25,365 bases of DNA from Chloroflexota bacterium (GCA_003577365.1 QEUY01000001.1:1-25365); one strand, 5' to 3'; positions 1 through 8,427 are shown, counted from the stretch's first letter. Program-made: numbers and translations. Notes: generated by a model from the sequence alone, not told the origin.

Positions 1-2
1 CG

Positions 3-1592
3 CCGCCCCCGCTGCGGCTGCTCGACGCCGAGCTGTTGGGCGCGCCTGGGGTGCAGTCCGCCTGCGACCATCCACCCGAAGCCGAGATGAACTGTCACGG
101 CGCGGCCACCCAGCCCACTCTGGATGTGAAGCTCTCGGCCGCGACCTATGCGCGCTGGAGCCTGCAGTGGGATGTCGCAGATACGCCGCTGACCGGCGTC
201 GAAACGCTGGCGCTGGAACTGGCACGTACCGGCGACCTCATGCCCAACCTCTACCTGGTGGAGCGAGGGGGCAACCGCGTGGGCGTCAGTTTAGCGCGCT
301 TCTGGCCCGCCGACGGCGATGCAGGGGGCGTCGCCCAGGTGTATGTGCCGCTGCGTGAAGTCCGCACGCCCGAAGGGGTGCAGCCCGACTACGGCGCGCT
401 CAACGCGCTGCAACTGGTCTTTGAATGGGCCGATATGGCGGGCAGCCTGACGGTCTACAGCGCCCGCTTTGTGCCGATCTGGTCACAGGCCGCGCCGCTT
501 GACGAAACGAGCTATGCGCTGGCGGCTGGGCTGCAGATGCCGCCCGGTTTTGTGGCGCAGCCCTTGGCGCAAGACCTGGCCGGGATGACGCAGATCGAGT
601 TCACGCCCGGCGGCGACATGCTGGTCAGCCTGCAAGACGGGCGCATCTGGTGGTATATAGATCGAGATGGAGATGGGCAGTATGACAGCCGGCGGCTCTA
701 CGCCACCGGCTTTCCCGAGGTGGTCGGGCTGCTCTATGACCCCCTGGACGGCGCGGTCTGGGTAGGAGGCCGCGGCCAGTTGGTGCGCACGCTGGACGGC
801 GACGGCGACGGCGCAGCCGACCTCTTCGAGACGCGCATCAGCGGGCTGCGCTGGGGTCGCCACCAAAACAACGGCCTGGTCTGGAACCCTGACCCCGACC
901 CTTTCAGCGGCGAGACGGGCGGTCACTGGATCTATTTTGGCCTCGGCTCAGTGGACGACCTGGTGGTGGGTGACCCGTTAAACGCCGCCGTGCTGCGCTT
1001 CCCACGCGACGGGCAGAGCGCCGCCGATCTACAGGTGGTCAGCCAGGGCAACCGCAATGCCTACGACCTGGTCTGGGCCAATCTACCTGTCTACCCGGAC
1101 CAGCCGGGCGGGCCGCGGCAGTGGCAGCTCTTCGCCAGCGAGAACGGCCCCGACTTCAACGACGCGCCCGACGAGGTGAACCATATCCGCTGGGGCAAAC
1201 ATTACGGCTTCCCCGAGCAGTTTGGCCCGGTGACCCGCCCCGCCGCCGAAGGCGCGCCCTACAGCGGCCCCGTCTACGCCGTCGCACCCCATGCCAGCGC
1301 CGACGGCATGGCCTATATCGATCACCCCGCCTGGCCCGCCGAGTATCACACGCTCTATGTGACGCTCTTTGGCGAGGTCTTTAGCCCGGCACGGGTCGGC
1401 CATACGGTAGAACGCATCAACCTATACGGCGTGACACTCCCCGACGGCACGCTCACCTATCGAGGCGACCCAGCCGACTTTATCACCGGACTGGAGCGCC
1501 CGCTGCCGTTGGCGACCGGCCCCGACGGCCAGATGGTAGTGGGCGACTATGCCACCGGCGTGGTCTATCAGATCATTTACTCGCCTGGCTGA
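3..1592 (+). CDS. 5'-truncated protein: jelly-roll/CBM-like segment followed by a glucose/sorbosone (PQQ-dependent sugar) dehydrogenase-like beta-propeller
   Basis: Frame is open to the window edge (ORF track starts at 36). Propeller-type motifs: GFPEVVGL, HQNNGLVW, LYFGLGS-like IYFGLGS, SQGNRNAYDLVW, NGPD..DEVN.I..G.HYGFP, GLERPLPLATGPDGQMVVGD. Two DxDGDG Ca-binding-like loops. No CxxCH. Confidence 0.7.
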   Translation, partial: PPPLRLLDAELLGAPGVQSACDHPPEAEMNCHGAATQPTLDVKLSAATYARWSLQWDVADTPLTGVETLALELARTGDLMPNLYLVERGGNRVGVSLARFWPADGDAGGVAQVYVPLREVRTPEGVQPDYGALNALQLVFEWADMAGSLTVYSARFVPIWSQAAPLDETSYALAAGLQMPPGFVAQPLAQDLAGMTQIEFTPGGDMLVSLQDGRIWWYIDRDGDGQYDSRRLYATGFPEVVGLLYDPLDGAVWVGGRGQLVRTLDGDGDGAADLFETRISGLRWGRHQNNGLVWNPDPDPFSGETGGHWIYFGLGSVDDLVVGDPLNAAVLRFPRDGQSAADLQVVSQGNRNAYDLVWANLPVYPDQPGGPRQWQLFASENGPDFNDAPDEVNHIRWGKHYGFPEQFGPVTRPAAEGAPYSGPVYAVAPHASADGMAYIDHPAWPAEYHTLYVTLFGEVFSPARVGHTVERINLYGVTLPDGTLTYRGDPADFITGLERPLPLATGPDGQMVVGDYATGVVYQIIYSPG

Positions 1593-2169
1593 TCGGCTCG
1601 CCCGCCACCAAGACGAGCGCGTCTCCCTCCAAGGCCCATTGTTGGGTGGGGGCCTCCTCGCGGCAGCAGTCCGGTGCACGCGGCCCGGCCCGCAGAACCT
1701 GGAAGGTAATCTGCTCGTCCGCAATGGCAAGCCCCTCGACCTGCACGCGGTCGCCGAGCAGTGCCGTTGCCAAGTTGTGCGGCGCGCCCTCTGCCAGACC
1801 GACGGCCGCCAGATAGATAAAGGTGCCACTGCCGCCGGAGCTTTCGGCCAAGATCACCGCGGCCTCGTCCACGCCGTCGCCGGTCAGGTCGCCATAGGCC
1901 ACGGCGTTTGCCGCCAGCGTCACGGTAGGCCGCGAAGCGCCGCCGGCGACAAACGGCTCCCCCTCATAGCGCCCGTCGTGCAACGGCACCGGCTTATCAT
2001 AGATGCCGGTATAGGTCGCGTTTTGCAGCGCGGTGAGTTCCAGGCCGGCGGGCGCGCCGCTCACGGTGGCTGCTGCCGCCTCGCTGCCGGCAGCAGGCGT
2101 CACCGGCGGGGCAGCGCAGGCCCCCAAGCCAAGCAGGAGAGCAAACAGTGCAGCGCCAACCAGTCGCAT
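1573..2169 (-). CDS. Lipoprotein of unknown function (LppP/LprE-like, vicinal Cys-Cys motif)
   Basis: Signal peptide with lipobox LGAC, Ala/Pro linker, YGDLTGDGVDEA loop, APDCC motif. Purine-rich SD-like GAGGGGAAAGAGA lies before the ATG. The 3' end overlaps the previous gene by 20 bp. Confidence 0.7.
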   Translation of the reverse strand: MRLVGAALFALLLGLGACAAPPVTPAAGSEAAAATVSGAPAGLELTALQNATYTGIYDKPVPLHDGRYEGEPFVAGGASRPTVTLAANAVAYGDLTGDGVDEAAVILAESSGGSGTFIYLAAVGLAEGAPHNLATALLGDRVQVEGLAIADEQITFQVLRAGPRAPDCCREEAPTQQWALEGDALVLVAGEPISQASK

Positions 2170-2224
2170 TCTCTTTCCCCTCTCGTTGAGACCTGCTGAA
2201 AACTAGCGTTGGCAACAAGCTAAA

Positions 2225-2289
2225 TCCGCCCGCCCGGAGCCCGGAGCCAAAGCCTCCGGGCTAAAGGGCGACGCCCCCAAGGGGGGCTT
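2225..2289. repeat. REP-like two-hairpin repeat, copy 1
   Basis: 9-bp stem AGCCCGGAG/CTCCGGGCT, then GCCCCC-aag-GGGGGC. Closely matches 5285-5341. Confidence 0.8.
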
Positions 2290-2376
2290 GCGCGCCGGCG
2301 CGGTTTTCGGCGCACCTCGCGAAGTGGCGGCCGGTGCCGCTTGCGGCGCGCACGCTGTGACGCGCACAGGGTGACC

Positions 2377-2404
2377 CTCTCGGCGGCTGGAAAACCGCCG
2401 CTAC
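2377..2404. repeat. Degenerate GTAG-type REP palindrome
   Basis: ctct-CGGCGGct-ggaa-aaCCGCCG-CTAC. The right arm shares ACCGCCGCTAC with 17333-17343. Confidence 0.55.
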
Positions 2405-2470
2405 AATCTGCCACTTAGGCGCGCGGACGCACAGACCGCGATGATAGGCTATCTGAGGACAAGGGGCAAA

Positions 2471-3070
2471 TCAGCGCGCGCCGGGTTCAGGCGGCGTTGC
2501 AGGTCCAGGCGCGGGGGGGGACGCTGCCCCCGCGGAGGGAGCAGCCGAGCGCGTGGCGCGCAGCGCGGCCAGCCTTTGATCCAGGGCGTTGATCTTGCGG
2601 CTGAGGGCTTCGATCTCGCGGCGGGTGGGCACGCGCAGCCGCCCCCACAGCGCATCGACTCGGCTGCCGCGCGCACTGTCGCCGTCCATCGCCAGAGCAG
2701 GGTGCTGATGGTGTAGGTCATCTACCCAACGCTCCAGTTCTTCTTGGGCAAGCTCCGGGGTGACGCCGGGCGTCATGTCGCCGCGTTCGCCCAGCCGCTC
2801 GACAAAGTCGCGCGCCTCGTCGGCGGTCAGCGCCAGCGCACCCAGGCTCATCAAGAGCAGGCGGCGCACATTTAAAAAGAGGTTGGCGCACTGCACAACG
2901 GCAGTATCGACGCTCGCAGCGTCAACGCCCGCCGTATCAACTTTTTCGGCCACATTTCCGCCGGGGCGGTCTATGGCCGGCGCCGCGCCGGGCGCGGGCG
3001 GCTGCTCCGCCTGCGGCGTCTTGTCGTCCTCAGTGGCCGTTGGCTCAATGGCCGTTGGCTCGGTTGCCAT
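2471..3070 (-). CDS. PHA granule-associated protein (phasin, PhaI/PhaF-like)
   Basis: RRLLLMSLGALALTADEARDFVERLGERG and RLRVPTRREIEALSRKINALDQRL match this family. Start set at ATG 3070 (MATEP, AAGGA upstream); the ORF track start is 3175. Confidence 0.8.
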   Translation of the reverse strand: MATEPTAIEPTATEDDKTPQAEQPPAPGAAPAIDRPGGNVAEKVDTAGVDAASVDTAVVQCANLFLNVRRLLLMSLGALALTADEARDFVERLGERGDMTPGVTPELAQEELERWVDDLHHQHPALAMDGDSARGSRVDALWGRLRVPTRREIEALSRKINALDQRLAALRATRSAAPSAGAASPPAPGPATPPEPGAR

Positions 3071-3205
3071 TGGGTTGTCTCGTCCTTGCTCTATCAGATC
3101 CCCATCTGCCATGCTCTGTGTGGGCTGCCCTGATCCTAGACAAGACATCTTCTGGTGGAATTCTGGCTGAATCAAACGGCGCGGCCAACACGTGATACCC
3201 GCGCC

Positions 3206-3913
3206 CTACTGCACTGTGACGAGCGGGCGCAACTGCTCCAGCGTGGCCGGGCCGATGCCGGGGACGCGATCCAGATCGTCGACGGACGTATAGGGCCGGT
3301 TGGCAATGATCGCCTGCGCCTTACTGGGGCCGATGCCGGGCAGCGCCTCCAGTTCGGCAGCGCCGGCCGTGTTGACGTTGACCAGCCCACCCCCGGCCTC
3401 CGGCAGCAGGATCGGCGCGGCACGGCTCTCGCCGGAGACGCCGACGGCAGGCGGGGTCGCGCCCTCGGCCCGGCTCGGCACATAGACCTGCGCGCCGTCC
3501 CACAACGCCGCGGCCTGGTTGACGGCGACCGCGTCGGCATCCGGCGACAAGCCGCCGGCAGCCTCCAGCGCATTCACCACGCGTGCGCCGGCAGGCAGCG
3601 TATAGACGCCCGGCTGCAGCACCGCGCCGGCGACATGCACCACGACGGGCGCAGGCGTCGGCGATGGGGTGGGCAGCAGCGGGTCGAACGCCGGGTCGAG
3701 CAGGGGGGCCACGGTGGGCGGCAGTTGGATCGCGATCGGCGGCGGGCTGGGCCGATCCCAGAGCAGCAGCGCGCCGCCGCTCAGCAGCGCACCCGCCAGC
3801 AGCCCTGTGAGCAGCATGCTCCACTGGGGCCGCGGCGGCGCGTCTGCCGACGGCGACATGGGCGTTTGAGGCGCGGGGCTGGGCGGGCGGGGAGATGCGG
3901 GGGATGGGCACAT
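3206..3913 (-). CDS. comEA: ComEA family DNA receptor (TM helix, SLBB domain, helix-hairpin-helix)
   Basis: VVHVAGAVLQPGVYTLPAGARV..ALEAAGG, VNVNTA..AELEALPGIGPSKAQAII, DLDRVPGIGPATLEQL. AAGGA lies 7 nt before the ATG. Confidence 0.92.
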   Translation of the reverse strand: MCPSPASPRPPSPAPQTPMSPSADAPPRPQWSMLLTGLLAGALLSGGALLLWDRPSPPPIAIQLPPTVAPLLDPAFDPLLPTPSPTPAPVVVHVAGAVLQPGVYTLPAGARVVNALEAAGGLSPDADAVAVNQAAALWDGAQVYVPSRAEGATPPAVGVSGESRAAPILLPEAGGGLVNVNTAGAAELEALPGIGPSKAQAIIANRPYTSVDDLDRVPGIGPATLEQLRPLVTVQ

Positions 3914-3931
3914 GGCGAGATCCTTGCGGGG

Positions 3932-5116
3932 CTAGGCGCTTCCTTGGGAGCGGGCCAAGACGCTCTGCCCCAGGTGAACATAGAGTTGGTCGTCGTTCAT
4001 GGGGTGGTTGAGGCCGCCGCGCACATCGCGGTAATAGCGTTCCAGCGGCAGGCTGCGGCTCATGCCTGCGCCACCCACCACGCGCATACAGGCGTCGACG
4101 GCGGCCACGGCGTTGTTGGTGGCGGTATATTTGGCGACGAGGATCGATTCGGCCAGGGCGTCGCGGCAGTCGGGACGTTCATCCCACAGCGCCGCCGCCT
4201 GATAGAGCAGCACGCGCCCCTGGTGCAACAGCAGCTCGGCCTGGCCCAGCCGCCGCTGGATGCTCTCCAGTTCGGCGATCGGTTTGCCCAAAGCGGTGGG
4301 AACACGTTCATGGGCATAGGCGGCGGCGCTGCGCAGCGCCGCCGCCGCCACACCCAGATAGACGGCGCTGAGGGTGAGCGGGAACCAGGCATTGGTGCGC
4401 GGCTGGCCGCCTTTGCCGCCGGCGGGGATCAGGTTCTCGGCGGGTACAAAGACGTCGTGCAGCAGCACGTCATGGCTGCCGGTGGAGCGCATCCCCATGG
4501 CGTCCCAGGTCTCGACGATCTCGACGCCCGGCCCTACTTCGACCACAAAATTGCCGTTGGCGGCGCTGCCGTCCTCACGCGCCGCCAGGATCACCATATA
4601 GTCGAGCGCCGGGCTGAGGCTGGCGAAGTTCTTGCGCCCATTGATCAGCCAGCCCGCGGGGCGGTCACCCGTGGCGGGCACGGGTCGCGCCGTGGTTTTG
4701 GGCCTGCCGCCGCGGCTGGGGCTGCCCAGTTCCGGCTCGCTTGCCAGGGCGTTGATCAGCGCGCCGCGCTGCACCGCGGCCTCACAGACGCGGCGAAAGA
4801 GCGGCTGCGGCCAGTAGCGGCTCTCGGCGGCGCTGCCCAAGGTCTGCATATGCATGGTGACGCTGAGCGCGGTGCTGCCGTCGCCCACGGCCAGCGCCTC
4901 CACGGTGCGCAGTGTTTCTAGCAGGTTGGCGCCCCAGCCGCCCAATTCTGCGGGCACGATCAAGCTGGGCAGCCCGGCGGCGCGCACCTCGTCGATGTTT
5001 TCAAAAGGGAAGCTGCCGGCGCGATCATGCTCGGCGGCGCGGCGGCTGAAGCTGGCGGCCAGCCTGCGCGCAATGCCGATAAACCGCGCCTGCCGCTCGG
5101 TGATGGGGTAGATCAT
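3932..5116 (-). CDS. Acyl-CoA dehydrogenase-fold flavoprotein (YdbM/DszC-like, probable group D monooxygenase)
   Basis: AAEHDRAGSFPFE, INGRKNFASLS, WDAMGMRSTGSHDV, LERYYRDVR motifs. No IYEG catalytic-Glu motif; C-terminal LNHP instead. Confidence 0.85.
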   Translation of the reverse strand: MIYPITERQARFIGIARRLAASFSRRAAEHDRAGSFPFENIDEVRAAGLPSLIVPAELGGWGANLLETLRTVEALAVGDGSTALSVTMHMQTLGSAAESRYWPQPLFRRVCEAAVQRGALINALASEPELGSPSRGGRPKTTARPVPATGDRPAGWLINGRKNFASLSPALDYMVILAAREDGSAANGNFVVEVGPGVEIVETWDAMGMRSTGSHDVLLHDVFVPAENLIPAGGKGGQPRTNAWFPLTLSAVYLGVAAAALRSAAAYAHERVPTALGKPIAELESIQRRLGQAELLLHQGRVLLYQAAALWDERPDCRDALAESILVAKYTATNNAVAAVDACMRVVGGAGMSRSLPLERYYRDVRGGLNHPMNDDQLYVHLGQSVLARSQGSA

Positions 5117-5284
5117 GGGGTCAGTGTCTAGCCATTCACAAACTAGGACTTACGCAAAATCGACGTAAGATTTCGACACGAAATCGTGCACGCCACGAGT
5201 TGCACCGCAAACCGCACCTACACCATAGCCTGGCCGGGTTCGGACGCGGTTGTGGCTATGAGCCATCCCGGAGTTGGCTGCCGG

Positions 5285-5341
5285 TCCGCCCGCCCGGAGC
5301 TAACGCTGCCGGGCTAAAGAACGACGCCCCCAAGGGGGCTT
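5285..5341. repeat. REP-like two-hairpin repeat, copy 2
   Basis: TCCGCCCGCCCGGAGC...CCGGGCTAAAG..CGACGCCCCCAAGGGGGCTT is shared with 2225-2289. Confidence 0.8.
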
Positions 5342-5345
5342 TCTT

Positions 5346-5373
5346 GTAGATGCGGTTAGAAAACCGCATCTAC
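5346..5373. repeat. GTAG-type REP palindrome
   Basis: Perfect 12-bp stem GTAGATGCGGTT-agaa-AACCGCATCTAC. A lone right arm (AAACCGCACCTAC) lies at 5209-5221. Confidence 0.8.
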
Positions 5374-5377
5374 GCTT

Positions 5378-5429
5378 CTCTTTGCTCTGGCCTTTGCGTC
5401 CTTGGCGTCCTTTGCGGTGAATCCTCTGT
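5378..5429. repeat. Dispersed repeat with 9-nt internal period (CCTTTGCGT-like), copy 1
   Basis: 47/53 identical by manual alignment to 8467-8519. Confidence 0.8.
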
Positions 5430-5444
5430 GATCTTTCTGTGATC

Positions 5445-6449
5445 TTATCGGACTGCGGCCATCTCCTGCACGGTCTCGATCACGGCGCGGATATGCGCGT
5501 CGGGCGTGTTGGTCGGGATCACACAGCCCGGCCCGACCAAGATGCGCCGCCCGCCGGTCTGCTCGACGGCGTCGCGCGCCTGCCAGCGGATCTGGTCGAT
5601 CGGCCCTTCGGCAATCGTCACCTGGTCGTCGATGCCGCCGACCAGCAGCCCGTCGAAGCGGCTCTGTGCCTCCTTCAGGCTGGGCCAGGTCAAGCGGTCG
5701 TGCCAGTTGATCATCTCGACCGGATAGCTGGCGGCCAGGTCGAACATGATGTCGAAGCCGTGGACATGCAGCATATTGATCGTCTCGTCGCTGCGGATGG
5801 CGTTGAGCACTTTGATGTCATAGGTCGCGCCGAACTCGCTGTACTCCGCCTCGCTGAAGAGGCGATAGCTGGCCCCCTGCGTGGCGAAAAAGACGCCGTG
5901 CGCGCCCGCCTGCAAACAGGCCTGGGCAAAGCGGATCGTCACGTCCGCGATGATCTCCAGCCCCTGCTTGAGCAGGTCGGGGCGCAGCCGCATATCGCCG
6001 TGCACGCGGTCGCCCGCCAGCTTGATCGCCGTGGTCAGCGGGCTAAAGATGGTCTGCAGAATGGGCACGCTGCCCTTGAGTTCCTCGGCGGCCAGGCGGA
6101 TGGCCTCCACCTCCTGGCCGAGTGCGCCCTTGTGCGGGTCGAGCGTCGCCAGCTTGGGCCATTCTTCCGCCTGGGTCAGCCCCGGCTTGGTGGAGATGCG
6201 GTTGCCGCGGAAGCCGGGGTTATAGACCGTCTGCGTGCCCCAGTCATGCACGCCGTACATGCCGGTGGGCATAAATTTGACCAGGTCAAAGTCATATTGG
6301 CGCTGCCAGCGCACCATGGCGTTGGCAAGCCCTTGGGCGGTTTCATCCTCGACCGGCCAGTGCCGCCACAGGCTGACAGGCACGCGGTCGACCTCTTCGC
6401 CCTTGAGCGCGGCCCGCACGCGCTCCCAATGGTTCATGCTGGATGTCAC
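5445..6449 (-). CDS. Uroporphyrinogen decarboxylase / MtaA-CmuA superfamily protein (non-canonical, not HemE)
   Basis: ERVRAALKGEEVDRVPVSLW, QTIFSPLT, ACLQAGAHGVFFA, LHVHG, ILVGPGC. Lacks RQAGRY. GTG start with AAAGGAG 10 nt upstream; alternative ATG at 6437. Confidence 0.85.
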   Translation of the reverse strand: MTSSMNHWERVRAALKGEEVDRVPVSLWRHWPVEDETAQGLANAMVRWQRQYDFDLVKFMPTGMYGVHDWGTQTVYNPGFRGNRISTKPGLTQAEEWPKLATLDPHKGALGQEVEAIRLAAEELKGSVPILQTIFSPLTTAIKLAGDRVHGDMRLRPDLLKQGLEIIADVTIRFAQACLQAGAHGVFFATQGASYRLFSEAEYSEFGATYDIKVLNAIRSDETINMLHVHGFDIMFDLAASYPVEMINWHDRLTWPSLKEAQSRFDGLLVGGIDDQVTIAEGPIDQIRWQARDAVEQTGGRRILVGPGCVIPTNTPDAHIRAVIETVQEMAAVR

Positions 6450-6523
6450 GAGATTCCTGCTCCTTTCGGTTGCAGCGACCGGCGCTTATCAAGCGCCGGT
6501 CACTTCTTTGCTCATGGATAGAG

Positions 6524-7438
6524 CTAAATGGATTTCTGCCGCCGCGGGTCCAGCACATCGCGCAGACCGTCGCCCAGCAGATAGACCCCCAGCACCAGCA
6601 GCATGATCGCCAGGCCGGGGAAGATCGAATACCAGGGAGATTGGGACATATAGCCGCGCCCGATGCTCAACATCGACCCCCACGACGGCGCGGGCAGCGG
6701 CACGCCCAGCCCTAAAAAGCTCAACGACGATTCGAGCAGCACTGCGCCCGCAAACGAAACCGTCATCTGCACGATGATGGTCGCCAGGCTGTTGGGCAAG
6801 ATGGTGCGAAACAAGATGCGGCGGTGCGGCGCGCCGATGGCGCGCGCCGCGTCCACATAGTCTTTGTGCTTTTCGGCCAGCACATTGGCGCGCGCCAGCC
6901 GCGCAAAGATCGGGATGTTGACGATCGCCACGGCCAGCATGGCATTGCGCGCGCCCGGCCCCAACACCGCCAGGATCACAATCGCCAGCAGGATCGCCGG
7001 GAAGGCCAGCAGCGCGTCGAAGAAGCGCATGATCACCGCGTCGAACCAGCGCGACTCATAGCCGGCGACGGCCCCCAGCGTCACGCCGACCAGCGTGGCA
7101 AGCGCCACCGAGACGCCGCCCACGGCAAAGGCCACCCGCCCGCCAAAGAGCACCCGGCTCCAGATATCGCGGCCAAACTCGTCGGCCCCCATCGGATAGG
7201 CCGCCGAAGGCGCGGCAAAGCGGTCGGCGCTGTGCATCGCCACCGGGTCATAGGGGGCCAGCCAGGGCGCGGCCAGCGCCAGCGCAGCCATAGCCAGCAC
7301 CAAGATCAGCCCCGCCATTCCTGTGCGGTGGCGCACAAAGGCGCGCAGCGCGGCGCGGGTGAGGCTCTCTTGGGGTTGGCGCTCCACAGCCAGATCAGAT
7401 GTCTGGGTCTCGCGCAGGCTGAGATTGGCTGTTGACAT
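6524..7438 (-). CDS. Peptide/nickel-type ABC transporter permease (DppC/OppC-like)
   Basis: PMGADEFGRDIWSRVLFGGR, DYVDAARAIGA, ILPNSL, ESSLSFLGLGVPLPAPSWG. Confidence 0.95.
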   Translation of the reverse strand: MSTANLSLRETQTSDLAVERQPQESLTRAALRAFVRHRTGMAGLILVLAMAALALAAPWLAPYDPVAMHSADRFAAPSAAYPMGADEFGRDIWSRVLFGGRVAFAVGGVSVALATLVGVTLGAVAGYESRWFDAVIMRFFDALLAFPAILLAIVILAVLGPGARNAMLAVAIVNIPIFARLARANVLAEKHKDYVDAARAIGAPHRRILFRTILPNSLATIIVQMTVSFAGAVLLESSLSFLGLGVPLPAPSWGSMLSIGRGYMSQSPWYSIFPGLAIMLLVLGVYLLGDGLRDVLDPRRQKSI

Positions 7439-7445
7439 AGGATCG

Positions 7446-8396
7446 CTAGCCCTGATCCAAACGGATGCGCGGGTCCAACCAGCCGTAGGTCAGGTCGGTG
7501 AGCAGGTTGACCAGCAGAAAGGCCAAGACAATCAAGAGCACGTTGGCCTGCAAAAGCGCATAGTCGCGCCATTCGATGGCTTGGATCGTAAGCCGGCCCA
7601 CGCCGGGCCAGGCATAGATCGACTCGATGATGATCGCGCCGCTCAACAGGTCGCCCAGTTGCAGCCCAAAAACGGTGACGACCGGGATCAGCGAGTTGGG
7701 CAGCGCATGACGCCAGATCACCCGTTTTTCGGCCAAGCCTTTGGCGCGCGCTGTGCGCACATAGTCTTGGTTCAAGACCTCCAGCAGCGACGAACGCAGA
7801 TAGCGCACCAGGTTGGCCGCCACCCCAATGCCCAGCGTGAAGGCGGGCAGGATCACCGACTTGGCCCACAGCCCCGGCTGCTCTACCAACGAAGGCCGGC
7901 CCGAAGGCGGCAGCCAGCGCAGCTCTTGGCTGAAGAGCATGATCAAGAGGATCAACAGAAAGAAGCCGGGCATGGCAAACGACAGCGCCGAAAAGCCGGT
8001 GGTGATCACGTCGATCGTCGAACCGGGCCGCAGCGCCGCCAGAATCCCCAGGGGCAGGGCGATAAGCAGCGCGATCACCCCCGACACCAGCGCCAGTTCC
8101 ACAGTGGCCGGGACGCGCTGGGCAATCATCTTGCCCACCGGGTATTTGTTGATGTAGGAGACGCCCAGGTCGCCGCTGAGCACATTCTTGAGCCAGATGG
8201 CATACTGCGTCCACAGCGGCTGATCCAGCCCCATGCGCGCCTCGAGCGCGGCCAGTTGTTCGGGCGTGGCGTTTGGCCCGGCGACGATCTGGGCAGGGTT
8301 GCCCGGTATCAGATGGATGATCGAGAAGACGGCGACCGAGACGAGTAACATCACCGGCACCATCTGCCACAGCCGCTTCAGCGCATAGATGCCCAC
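7446..8396 (-). CDS. Peptide/nickel-type ABC transporter permease (DppB/OppB-like)
   Basis: LKRLWQMVPVMLLVS, LGLDQP-like MGLDQPL, DYVRTARAKGL, HALPNSLIP, YGWLDPRIR. GTG start with AAGGAG SD. Confidence 0.95.
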   Translation of the reverse strand: MGIYALKRLWQMVPVMLLVSVAVFSIIHLIPGNPAQIVAGPNATPEQLAALEARMGLDQPLWTQYAIWLKNVLSGDLGVSYINKYPVGKMIAQRVPATVELALVSGVIALLIALPLGILAALRPGSTIDVITTGFSALSFAMPGFFLLILLIMLFSQELRWLPPSGRPSLVEQPGLWAKSVILPAFTLGIGVAANLVRYLRSSLLEVLNQDYVRTARAKGLAEKRVIWRHALPNSLIPVVTVFGLQLGDLLSGAIIIESIYAWPGVGRLTIQAIEWRDYALLQANVLLIVLAFLLVNLLTDLTYGWLDPRIRLDQG

Positions 8397-8427
8397 AGGC
8401 TCAACTCCTTAAGAGGGGGAGTAGGGA

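Noticed and set aside
1573-1592. Convergent 3' overlaps (20 bp here, 11 bp at 18041-18051) as antisense regulation
   Set aside because: Short tail-to-tail overlaps are common in compact GC-rich genomes, and nothing else supports a function.
5146-5170. AGGACTTACGCA as an insertion-sequence or MITE end
   Set aside because: It resembles ends I recall from small mobile elements, but it is a single copy with no partner end and no transposase in the window, so it cannot be supported.
5445-6449. Calling this gene hemE
   Set aside because: RQAGRY motif absent and no heme genes nearby.
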